Of a stretch of DNA of 64,000 bases, positions 51,625-63,815 are shown one piece after another. Under the pieces are notes generated by a model that saw only the letters and a list, made by a program, of their open reading frames with translations, was not told the origin of the DNA and made no database searches. Within the stretch, counting starts at the first letter, position 1, and each line of letters opens with the position of its first letter. Both the position numbers and the translations under genes were made by a program. The stretch is from Eledone cirrhosa (taxonomy: Eukaryota). The stretch spans positions 120,590,001 through 120,654,000 of the forward strand of contig OZ024745.1 of assembly GCA_964016885.1 (NCBI GenBank). Direction: 5' to 3'.

Positions 51625-53757
51625 AAAGCGCCCAAGTCCACACAGTGAAGTGGTCATGTTGGTACCCCAATAAAAAGCATCCAGTCCACACAGTGAAGTG
51701 GCCATGTTGGTACCCCAATAAAAAGCATCCAATGCACAGTGAAGTGGTCATGTTGGTACCCCAATAAAAAGCATCCAGTCCACACAGTAAAGTGGTCATC
51801 TTGGTACCCCAATAAAAAGCATCCAGTCCACACAGTAAAGTGGTCATGTTGGTACGCCAATAAAAAGCATCCAGTCCACACAGTAAAGTGGTCATGTTGG
51901 TACCCCAATAAAAAGCGCCCAATCAACACAGTGAAGTGGTTATGTTGGTACCACAATAAAAAGCACCAAGTCCCCACAGTAAAGTGGTCATGCTGGTACC
52001 ACAATAAAAAGCATCCAGTCCACACAGTAAAGTGGTTATGTTGGTACCACAATAAAAAGCACCAAGTCCCCACCGTAAAGTGGTCATGCTGGTACCACAA
52101 TAAAAAGCACCAAGTCCACACAGTAAAGTGGTCATGTTTGTACCACAATAAAAAGCATCCAGTCCACACAGTAAAGTGGTCATGTTTGTACCCCAATAAA
52201 AAGCATCCAGTCCACACAGTAAAGTGGTCATGTTTGTACCCCAATAAAAAGCATCCAGTCCACACAGTAAAGTGGCCATGTTTGTACCACAATAAAAAGC
52301 ACCCAATCCACACAGTAAAGTGGTCATGTTTGTACCACAATAAAAAGCATCCAGTCCACACAGTAAAGTGGTCATGTTTGTACCACAATAAAAAGCATCC
52401 AGTCCACACAGTAAAGTGGTCATGTTTGTACCCCAATAAAAAGCATCCAGTCCACACAGTAAAGTGGCCATGTTTGTACCACAATAAAAAGCATCCAGTC
52501 CCCACCGTAAAGTGGTCATGCTGGTACCACAATAAAAAGCACCAAGTCCACACAGTAAAGTGGTCATGTTTGTACCACAATAAAAAGCATCCAATGCACA
52601 GTGAAGTGGTCATGTTGGTACCCCAATAAAAAGCATCCAGTCCACACAGTAAAGTGGTCATCTTGGTACCCCAATAAAAAGCATCCAGTCCACACAGTAA
52701 AGTGGTCATGTTGGTACCCCAATAAAAAGCGCCCAATCAACACAGTGAAGTGGTTATGTTGGTACCACAATAAAAAGCACCAAGTCCCCACAGTAAAGTG
52801 GTCATGCTGGTACCACAATAAAAAGCATCCAGTCCACACAGTAAAGTGGTTATGTTGGTACCACAATAAAAAGCACCAAGTCCCCACCGTAAAGTGGTCA
52901 TGCTGGTACCACAATAAAAAGCATCCAGTCCACACAGTAAAGTGGTCATGTTTGTACCCCAATAAAAAGCATCCAGTCCACACAGTAAAGTGGTCATGTT
53001 TGTACCCCAATAAAAAGCATCCAGTCCACACAGTAAAGTGGCCATGTTTGTACCCCAATAAAAAGCATCCAGTCCACACAGTAAAGTGGCCATGTTTGTA
53101 CCACAATAAAAAGCATCCAGTCCCCACCGTAAAGTGGTCATGCTGGTACCACAATAAAAAGCACCAAGTCCACACAGTAAAGTGGTCATGTTTGTACCAC
53201 AATAAAAAGCATCCAGTCCACACAGTAAAGTGGTCATGTTTGTACCCCAATAAAAAGCATCCAGTCCACACAGTAAAGTGGTCATGTTTGTACCCCAATA
53301 AAAAGCATCCAGTCCACACAGTAAAGTGGCCATGTTTGTACCCCAATAAAAAGCATCCAGTCCACACAGTAAAGTGGCCATGTTTGTACCACAATAAAAA
53401 GCATCCAGTCCACACAGTAAAGTGGTCATGTTTGTACCACAATAAAAAGCACCCAATCCACACAGTAAAGTGGTCATGTTTGTACCCCAATAAAAAGCAT
53501 CCAGTCCACACAGTAAAGTGGTCATGTTTGTACCCCAATAAAAAGCATCCAGTCCACACAGTAAAGTGGTCATGTTTGTACCACAATAAAAAGCATCCAG
53601 TCCACACAGTAAAGTGGTCATGTTTGTACCACAATAAAAAGCACCCAATCCACACAGTAAAGTGGTCATGTTTCTACCACAATAAAAAGCACCCAATCCA
53701 CACAGTAAAGTGGTCATGTTTCTACCACAATAAAAAGCACCCAATCCACACAGTAAA
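51625..53757. repeat. 48-bp tandem satellite, ~44 copies
   Basis: Unit cacacagtaaagtggtcatgtttgtaccacaataaaaagcatccagtc; runs directly into the RTE-type SINE 3' end at 53757-53920. Confidence 0.97.
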
Positions 53758-54069
53758 TGTGGTTGGCATTAGGAAGAGCATCCAGCCTTAGAAACCTAGC
53801 CAGAAACAGTTCTATATGAGCAAGACATGATCACTTGATCTGACTTGCCTCAAATGAGACAGCTCATCAAACCCATGCTAGCATGGAAAATGGACGTTAA
53901 ATGATGATGATGATGATGATTCATTAATTAATGATTAAATTAATTAACTTCAGGAGGGAGAAGATGAAATGAGAGTTGTGAGAACCCTGTCTAGGACTTA
54001 GTTTAGCAAGAAAGCTTAGCTTCCATTCTACAACTTTGACCAACATAAATATTTCTTCTCATGGATACA

Positions 54070-55342
54070 GGTATGATTGCTTAGATGTGTGAGGGTATGG
54101 TATGATTGCTTAGATGTGTGAGGGTATGGTATGATTGCTTAGATGTGTGTGGGGATGATATGATTGTTTAGATGTGTGTGGACATAGTATGATTGTTTAG
54201 ATGTGTGGGGAAGGTATGATTGCTTAGATGTGTGTGGGTATGGTATGATTGCTTAGATGTGTGAGCATGGTATGATTGTTTAGATGTGTGTGAGCATGGT
54301 ATGATTGTTTAGATGTGTGAGGGGATGGTATGATTGTTTAGATGTGTGTGGGGATGGTATGATTGCTTAGATGTATGTGGGTATGGTTTGGTTGTTTAGA
54401 TGTGTGGGGATGGTATGATTGTTTAGATGTGTGTGGGGAAGGTATGATTGCTTAGATGTATGTGGGTATGGTTTGGTTGTTTAGATGTGTGGGGATGGTA
54501 TGATTGTTTAGATGTATGAGGGTATGGTATGATTGTTTAGATGTGTGGGTATGGTGTGATTGTTTAGATGTGAGGGTATGGTATGATTGTTTCAATATGA
54601 AGGCATGGTGTGATTGTTTAGATGTGTGAGGGCATGGTATGATTGTTTAGATATGTGGGGATAGTATGATTGTTTAGATATGTGGGGATGGTAAGATTGT
54701 TTAGATGTGTGGGGATGATTGTTTAGATGTGTGGGTACGATTGTTTACATGTGTGTGGGGATGGATGGTATGACTGTTTAGATGTATGTGGGGATGGTGT
54801 GATTGTTTAGATGTATGTGGGGATGGTGTGATTGCTTAGATGTATGTGGGGATGGTGTGATTGCTTAGATGTATGTGGGTATGGTATGATTGCTTAGATG
54901 TGTGTGGGGATGGCATGATTCTTTAGATGTGTGGGGATGGTATGATTGTTTAGATGTGTGGGGGTATGGTATGATTGTTTAGATGTGAGGGCATGGTGTT
55001 AAGGTTTAGATGTGTGGGTATGGTGTGATTGTTTAGGTGTGATTGTTTACATCTGTGTGGGGATGGATGGTATGATTGTTTAGATGTGGGGATGGTGTGA
55101 TTGCTTAGATATGTGTGGCATGGTATGATTGCTTAGATGTGTGAGGGGATGGTATGATTGCTTAGATGTGTGAGGGGATGGTATGATTGCTTAGATGTGA
55201 GGGGATGGTATGATTGCTTAGATGTGAGGGGATGGTATGATTGCTTAGATGTGTGAGGGGATGGTATGATTGCTTAGATGTGTGAGGGGATGTTATGATT
55301 GCTTAGATGTGTGAGGGTATGGTATGATTGCTTAGATGTGTG
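54070..55342. repeat. Degenerate ~28-30 bp minisatellite (ggtatgattgcttagatgtgtgagggtat)
   Basis: About 44 atgattg(c/t)ttagatgt anchors. Confidence 0.93.
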
Positions 55343-57630
55343 GATGTAGGAATGTGGTGATGTAAGTTGTTTGACTATGTATAGGTATCGTTGTGGTGGT
55401 GTGTGTAGGCATGCTTGTGGGGGAATGTAAGCTGTTTGGCTCTATGTGTGTGTGTGTGGTTATCGGTGTGTATGCAAGCATACTTGGGGATGGTGCAGAT
55501 ATGACTGTGAGGTTGTGTGTAAGTATGTCTGAAGAATGGTTGTGGAATTTTGTGTAGCCATAACTATGGTGATGTGTATAAGCATAGTTGTGGAGATGTG
55601 TATAAACGTGACTGGTTGGATCTGTGTACAAATAACTGTGGTGATGGGCATTTGAAGTCCTGTTTCAATATGGGACTTCTTAATATCATATCTATGATAA
55701 TGCCAGGCACAACCACCAGAGCATAATGGTTGAACTTAAAATCAGCACCATGAAAAAATGTACCCAGTACACTTTGTAAAGTAGTTTGCATTAGGAAAGG
55801 CATCCAGTTAGAGATCGTGTGCCAGCCAAAGGGTTAGGAAGATTTTTCAGTTATGTTGAGGATTCAACAATCTCCCTAATGCTAGTGCCACAATAAAATG
55901 TACCCAGTACAGTCTGTAAATGTATTACGAAGAGCATTCAGCTATAGAAAACTTTCCAGACTAAGGGTTTAAAGGACTTGTCAGATGTGTCAAGGACATA
56001 ACAATCTCACTAGAATGGCTGCCTTGATAAAATGCACTCAATATACTCTGTAAAATGGTTAATGATGGGAAGTGCATCCAGCTGTTTAAGCCACGCCAAA
56101 ACTGGAACAAATCTAAGCGAGATGTGGCCCTTAGCCCCTCTGACAAGACAGTAGCTCCAAATAAGTAGTGGCTTAGTCTGTGACAACCTGTCTAAGCTGC
56201 ACCAGCATGGGAAACAGACACTAAATGATGATGATTAAGTAAAAGAACTTTTTTTTTTCAAATAATTTTGTTAACATCACAACCTAGTTCGTTGGCACCT
56301 TTAACAGAGCTTAGTCAGACATAATTATTCATAGCAACTCCTCCCTAGTTTTGTCTTTACCCATGTTTATTCTGTCAGTGTGAGTGTTCTACATCAGCTG
56401 CATCTGTTTCACCAGTTTGGGAGGGTCTCTACAAATGTTATAAACACTGCCTTTTCCCCTCTTCTGAATAACTTATTTAAAAAAGAACAATAAATAACAA
56501 AACAAAACAATTCTATTTTTTCTAGATAGCTCAACTCATAACATCCTGTACCACATGAAAACGCATTAGAAAATTCTAGAAAATTGCAAAATATCACTAA
56601 TGATTGCATCACATTGAAAATTAGAGGCTTTACTCTAATACTGCAAATTTTCAAATTGATCTGTCCACTAGTAAAGATACTACAAACATTTGAATTAACC
56701 CAGTTTATAGATATTTATAGCTAAAATCATACTAAAAGTTAGTATCTAGCTTCTATTCCAGTGTAAATACCTTGAAGTATAATGTTTGTAACAATGATGG
56801 TAAAATTAGTCATTCAATAGAAATTGATGAAATGAACATCAGATGAAGTACTGAGATTGATATAATTGACTAAAGACCCTCAGAGACAGTGCCCCAGCAT
56901 GGGCCAGTTGGCATGAAAATGGTTAAACATTACTACTGCAGTCATTGTGTCCTTGGACAAAGAGGATGATAATATCTGTCCCAGCTACCCAATAGACAAA
57001 ATATCCTTACTTTATGTTGTGGTTAGAAAAGGCATCCAGTTACAAAAGCATATATTTTTCTGTTTTACATATTTTTGTTTTTGCCATGCTAATGTATTAC
57101 ATTATGGCTTGGGTTGGGGAGGAGTATTTTCATTGAAACATTTGCATTTTTACAGCTGGAAATCCTTTCATATTGTTAATCATTCAACTGTGAAGTAACA
57201 TTAGATCCCTTTTTTAACCAGTTAAGTCAACTAGAGCAAGAAACATTATGTGCCCTATTTAGTGGTATGAAAGACATATTCTAATAGTACACTTTCAGTA
57301 AGTCATGGTCATGTAGTCAATACCTTTAATAACAGCCATTGTAACTGTCATAAAAGCCATTCAAGTTAACTTTTAGTATGTAATGATTTAGCTATAAATA
57401 TCTATAAACTGGGTTAATTCAAATGTTTGTAGTATCTTTACTAGTGGACAGATCAATTTGAAAATTTGCAGTATTAGAGTAAAGCCTTTAATTTTCAATG
57501 TGATGCAATCATTAGTGATATTTTGTACATTTCCAGAATGTCTTGCTAATGCGTTTTCATGTGGTACAGGATGTTAAGCGTTAATGAAGCTGAATGATAA
57601 CAAAAGTATTCATTTTCTTTTCTATTCCAT

Positions 57631-57803
57631 TAGTAGTTTCCATCATTGAATGATGGCCATGCTGGGGCACTGTCTGTGAGGGTCTTTAGTTGTTTCCATC
57701 ATTGAATGATGGCCATGCTGAGGCACTGTCTGTGAGGGTCTTTAGTAGTTTCTATCATTGAATGATGGCCATGCTGGGGCACTGTCTCTGAGGGTCTTTA
57801 GTC
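57631..57803. repeat. 56-bp tandem repeat x3
   Basis: tagtagtttccatcattgaatgatggccatgctggggcactgtc starts at 57631, 57687 and 57743. Confidence 0.92.
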
Positions 57804-58279
57804 AATTATATCAATCTTGCTACTTAATCTGATGCTCATTTCATCAATCTCTATTTATTGAATGACTAATTTTACCATAGTTACGGGGAGTGCAGGAAAG
57901 ACGGAGGTGATGACAGTGGGAGTTTGGTTCCTGTGTTTGGACTTGGTGTACATGTGTGTGTAATTTTACACTATCGGCCCTTTAACCTCTACTACTACAT
58001 CCAACACTATTACCACCACCACTACTACTGTTACATCATTGTTACAGTCATTATACTTCAAGTCAATACACTGGATAGAAGCTAGATGTAAGGTTCATTT
58101 AACTGAAGGTCCAACTCTCAAAGTTAACAGCATTATGCTAGATAAGGCATGTAAGGATATGAAGGTAGGGAAGGCTCACCAATGATTGTTGGTGAGATTA
58201 TTAAACTATTAGGTGAAGCAGGAAAATTCATAGAGAGACTCTTCTATATTTATTATACATAAAGACAGTGTAAATGCTT

Positions 58280-59025
58280 TCATATACACCCCTATGAGGA
58301 ACATATTGTATATATTTTTATACACTCCTATGAGGAATATATTGTATATATTTCATATACACCCCTATGAGGAACATATTGTATATATTTTTATACACTC
58401 CTATAAGGAATATATTGTATATATTTCATATACACCCCTATGAGGAACATATTGTATATATTTTATATACACTCCTAGGAGGAATATATTATATATATTT
58501 CATATACACCCCTATGAGGAACATATTGTATATATTTTATATACACTCCTATGAGGAACATATTGTATATATTTCACATACACCCCTATGAGGAATATAT
58601 TGTATATATTTCATATATACCCCTAGGAGGAATATATTGTATATATTTCATATACACCTCTATGACGAACATATTATATATATTTCATATACACCCCTAT
58701 GATGAACATATTGTATATATTTCATATACATCCCTATGATGAACATATTATATATATTTTATATATACCCCGGTGGATTGGCAGTATCAGTAGAGGGTCG
58801 GGCGCCATGCTTTGAAGCATAGAGTTACCTCCCTTTATGATCTGAGTTCAAATTCCGCCGAGGTTAACTTTGCCTTTCATCCTTACAGGGTCGATAAAAT
58901 AAAGTACCAGTAATGCACTGGGTAATTGCTGGCCTTGTGCCTAAAGTAGAAACAATTATATATATTTTATATATACCCCTATGAGGAACATATTGTATAT
59001 ATTTTATATACACCCCTACGAGGAA
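58280..59025. repeat. 36-37 bp minisatellite interrupted by a SINE family A copy (58772-58958)
   Basis: Unit tatacacccctatgaggaacatattgtatatatttca; the SINE is flanked by attatatatattttatatatacccc on both sides. Confidence 0.93.
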
Positions 59026-59134
59026 CTACTAAGTAAATCAGGTAGTACGAGAAGGTGTAATATCTAATGACTGACATAGTAGCATCATTGTCAATTGCCA
59101 CAAAAGTAAAAGAGATGCACAAGAGATGCAATTA

Positions 59135-59430
59135 CAGACACATTAAATTGGTGGATCAAGTTAAGAATGTTACGAAAAGAGTAAAAGTAAAACTGTAGTT
59201 TGGCTTTATGCCAGAGAGAAGCACTACCGATGCCATCTTTTTAGTGAGACAACTGCAGAAGTACTTTACTAAGGATAATCCCTTATACTAAATATTTATC
59301 AACCTGGAAAACCCCTTAGATAGAATTTTATGCTCTGTCATATGGTGGGCACTTAGGAATTTAGGGATTGCCGTTTGGCTAGGGAGGGCTGTACAAGCCA
59401 TGTGCAGGAGTGCAGTCAGCAAGGTGAAGG
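59135..59430 (+). pseudogene. RTE reverse transcriptase fragment
   Basis: FGFMPERSTTDAIFLVRQLQ...FINLEKPLDRI...IWWALRNLGI. Confidence 0.85.
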
Positions 59431-59474
59431 CCCAAGGATTTGTCCATACTTCGCAATGATTATACTGCTTATTT

Positions 59475-59696
59475 CAATGCATTTAAACTGGCTATATCCG
59501 TCCAAAACTCTCTCACCTGTTTCTGTTCAAACCAGCCATAATTGGCCGCTTATACCTACATTAAGGTATTCTTCTCAAAATAAATAACATCAAAATCTCG
59601 TAGATTTAATATTGTGTGAGATAAGTATGTAAGATAAAGCCTTCGCTGTGAAACTACAATAATATATATAGAATAATGTAAATGCTAAAGGGTTAA
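59475..59696 (-). mobile_element. piggyBac-type MITE (family D)
   Basis: Family D body ending aaatgctaaagggTTAA. Confidence 0.8.
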
Positions 59697-60112
59697 ATTA
59701 AAAGTAATAGATACTTCTGTGGTTACATATTAGATTTGTGAAATAAAAACTATACTCAAGACAACACTTACAGCACTTTAAATATCTTATTAAAACTTTG
59801 TAAATATTTACTCCCCTCATAAGAATTTTTAAACCACGCCATAGGATCTTGATTAGCTGCCTCAGCTTAAAAATGGGGTTTAGATTTTTGCCTATTTCTC
59901 AGACATAAAATTGAGGGGGGGGGGGGGAAGGTCGGCTTATATGCGACTCAACTTATATTTGATTCCTCTGTAGTTGCTCCTTCTAGAGAATCACCTTTAC
60001 CCTTGTAGCAATTAATGATTGTACTACTGCTGCACCAGTCATTGGGTATGACTCCATACTATATTACCTTATTGTGGGTTACTAGTTTGGGTCCCACTTC
60101 TCCCTATGCTTT

Positions 60113-60259
60113 TACATATATATATATATATATACATACATATATATATATATATATACATACATATATATATATATATACACATACATATATATATATA
60201 TATACACATACATATATATATATATATATATACACATACATATATATATATATATATAT

Positions 60260-60291
<32 letters not shown>

Positions 60292-60605
60292 ACATACATA
60301 TATATATATATATATACACATACATACATATATATATATATACACATACATACATATATATATATATACACATACATACATATATATATATATACACATA
60401 CATACATATATATATATACACATACATACATATATATATATACACATACATACATATATATATATATATACACATACATACATATATATATACATACATA
60501 TATATATATATATATACACATACATACATATATATATATATATACACATACATACATATATATATATATATATCTATACACATACATACATATATATATA
60601 TATAC

Positions 60606-60646
<41 letters not shown>

Positions 60647-60809
60647 CATACATATATATATACACATACATACATATATATATATATACACATACATACA
60701 TATATATATATATACACATACATACATATATATATATATACACATACATATATATATATACATACACATACATACATATATATATACACATACATACATA
60801 TATATATAC

Positions 60810-60840
<31 letters not shown>

Positions 60841-60843
60841 CAC

Positions 60844-60895
<52 letters not shown>

Positions 60896-60910
60896 ATATA
60901 TATATATATA
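60113..60910. repeat. Compound (TA)n/(CATA)n microsatellite
   Basis: Directly visible; source of the YI/CM ORFs. Confidence 0.97.
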
Positions 60911-60912
60911 AA

Positions 60913-62450
60913 CCTCTCTTGTAATTGTCTCACCAAGAAGAGGGCATCTGTTGTATTTTACCCAGGCACAAAACCAAACTGCATCTCATCTAGTTTGATC
61001 CTTTCTCTAATGAGTTATGCTAATATCCTTTCTGCCACTTTCATAACCTGATCCATCAGTTTTATACCCCTATAATTGCTCCTCTCCAGAGCATCCCCTT
61101 TACTTTTGAACAATTTATGAGAATACTGCTGCACCAGTCTTTGGGTATGACACCACCATATATAGCCTGATTGATGATGCGTGCAACCAGTTTAGTGCCT
61201 ACGTCCCCTGATGCCATCAGCATCTCAGCAACTATCCCCGACGGTCCAGCAGCCTTACCATTTTTCATTTCCTTAATCGCCTCTTGGGCCCTATATTCAT
61301 CAATCTCAATAGCTGGTCCCTCTGTCGTATCTACTGAGGGTAATTTCTCTCTCTCCCATTCGTTCTCCACATTCATCAGTCTCTCATAATGACATTTCCA
61401 GGCCTCCTTTTTCTGATCATTCGTGACACTAAGTACACCGGCATCATTCCGGACACATTTATCTCCAACAACATCCTGATTTGCATTGACACACTGCCTT
61501 GCAATGTGGAACACCGCACGCCTCTGATGTTCCCGTCGCAGAACATTGGCAAACCTCCTACTCTCAGTCTCCCTGCGTGCTAAGTACACCTGACGTCTAG
61601 CTTCTCTCTTAGTGGCTGTATATCCTTCTCTACTCCCACCCTTTTTCTAAGCCTTCCATGCTAGTCTTTTGTCTCTAATGGCCTTATCTACTGCGCTGTT
61701 CCACCACCAGGTCACTCTCTGTCTGGTTTCACAGGTTTCATCAGTAGCCTGCAGTAAGTTGTCACGTAAGAAATTCGAGTTATTATCTATGTCATACGTC
61801 TCTAAATCGTCTTCTTTTTCGTCATACACCATGTACGCCAGTGTAACCATCCCGGAGCTGTCCAACACAACCATTGAAGTCCCCTGCATAACGATGTCTC
61901 CATCTTCTGTCATTGCAGTTGTTTGTAAAAGTTGCTCGTAAAAGCAGTTTTTCTCCTCTTTACCTAGGCCTGCTTGGGGAGCATAGGCAGAGATGATTGT
62001 CAGTGGTCTCTTGCCTACAACTAATCTAAGCTTAATTATTCGATTATTAACTCGAACTACCTCTATTGTCTTATTGATCCATCTCTCAGCCAGGAAAATG
62101 CCTACTCCCCCTAACCCATCATCCTTACCTTCCCAGAAAAGCTTAAAGCTAAGATGTTTGCCTGCGACTAGTCTCGCAGAGGCACCTCTCCAACTCACCT
62201 CTTGCACGCAGCACACATCCACATGCCTTCTCTCCAGCATCTCCTATTTCACCAGATCTACCTGTGAGAGTGCCAACATTAAGTGTTGCAACTCTGAGAT
62301 GCGACGTCTTCATATTTTTGTTGTTACTATATACTTGTTGCTGTGCTTATAATCGTTTTGGCATTGATACACTGGTTGGATGCCCTTTCTAACACCAGTG
62401 CCATTTTACAACATGGACTGGGTGCTTTTATTCGTGCCACCAGCACTAGA
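60913..62450 (-). pseudogene. RTE-clade LINE 5' half: 5' UTR, APE endonuclease and start of RT
   Basis: ATG at 62313: MKTSHLRVATLNVGTLTGRSGEI, then DVCCVQEVSWRG, GGVGIF, IISAYAPQAG, WWWNSAV, MKNGKAAGPSGIVAEML, IPKDWCSS; frameshifted, with deletions. Confidence 0.93.
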
Positions 62451-62972
62451 GAGGATGTCTTACTTATGGGCCCTCTCTACCCCTCCATTTTACAGCATGG
62501 TCAAAACTAAAAAAAAAAAAAACACACACACACACCACTTATTGACACTCGCGGCACACACACACACACTCATTCACACAAACACACATGCCACTCACAC
62601 ACACACACTCATGCATACAAACACACACACGCCACTCACACACATACATATATAACCGTTAGTACTGATAAAAAATCATGTCAACTGTTGACTTTTCCAG
62701 TTCAGTTTTTATATAATAATAATAATAATTGTTTGCTTTACAGCATAGAGCAGCGGCCCTCCACTCTCCGGGCCCAAAAACAAGGCACCAGCAATGCGCT
62801 GGGACAATCGCTGCCCTGTGCCAAGAACAGAATAGTTATTTAGTATTATAGTTGTTTTCTTCTTCTTAAGGCCTGATCGCTGGTGATGGTGGTGATGGTG
62901 GATGGTGTCAGTGATGGTGATGGCAGTGGTGGTGGATGGTGTCAGTGATGGTGATGGTGGTGGTGGATAGTG

Positions 62973-63029
<57 letters not shown>

Positions 63030-63030
63030 A

Positions 63031-63068
63031 CGAGCTGAAGATCCACTAAGGTGAAGCAATTGTTCTCG
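63031..63068 (+). ncRNA. Minimal hammerhead relic between (TA)n runs
   Basis: cgag-CUGAAGA-t-cc(actaa)gg-t-GAAG-caattg-UU-ctcg; perfect stem I, A15.1 changed to G. Confidence 0.65.
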
Positions 63069-63337
63069 ATATGGTGAACTAACTGTTGTGTTACCACTTC
63101 TATATACATATATATACATATATATACAGATATATATATATATATATTGCAAGCTGAGTTTGGGAGGATGGGTCATACGCATTTGATTTGCTGAATTTGG
63201 AAGGTGAGTATGATTTGGTTTGGCAGGAGTCATGGGTACATGTTGGCATTCAGTTTAGCCTATTTGCTAAGTGTTGGTAGACTAATTGGCGCAATAACGG
63301 CCTTATTTTGGATAAAATATGTATATATAGTTCAAGA

Positions 63338-63393
<56 letters not shown>

Positions 63394-63639
63394 CAAGAGT
63401 ATAAATATATATATATATATAGTTCAAGAGTATAAATATATATATAGCTCAAGAGTATAAATATATATATAGTTCAAGAGTATAAATATATATATATATA
63501 GTTCAAGAGCCAGTAAAACAGGCTTTCCAACAAGCAGTTACAAAAGCAATACTTGAAACCGTATGCCTTGAGCTGTGTTTTGTCTATGGTCAAAACTCAA
63601 AACAGTTTTAATAGCTGAATTGAGTAGGTGCCACATATT

Positions 63640-63815
63640 GCATTGTAAATGTGGTTGGCATTAGGAAGGGCATGTAGCCATAGAAACCAAGCCAGAAACA
63701 GTTCTGTATGGGCAAGATGTGGTCACCTGATCTGACTTGTCTTACAATGTCAGGAAAACTGGTCTAACGAATGTTAGGGTGGAAAATGCTTGTTAAACGA
63801 CGATGATGATGATGC
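63640..63815 (+). mobile_element. RTE-related SINE 3' part
   Basis: ggttggcattaggaagggcat...gttaaacgacgatgatgat. Confidence 0.8.

Noticed and set aside
51614-53791. Long ORFs (223-396 aa) on both strands with 16-aa Cys/His/Trp repeats
   Set aside because: The 48-bp unit is divisible by 3, so frames stay open by arithmetic. The unit derives from a retroposon module, and the 46-bp variants shift the frame.
60015-60936. Multiple long YI/CM/HT ORFs (also at 3.6-4.1, 37.2, 38.0 and 46.5 kb)
   Set aside because: Microsatellite translations.
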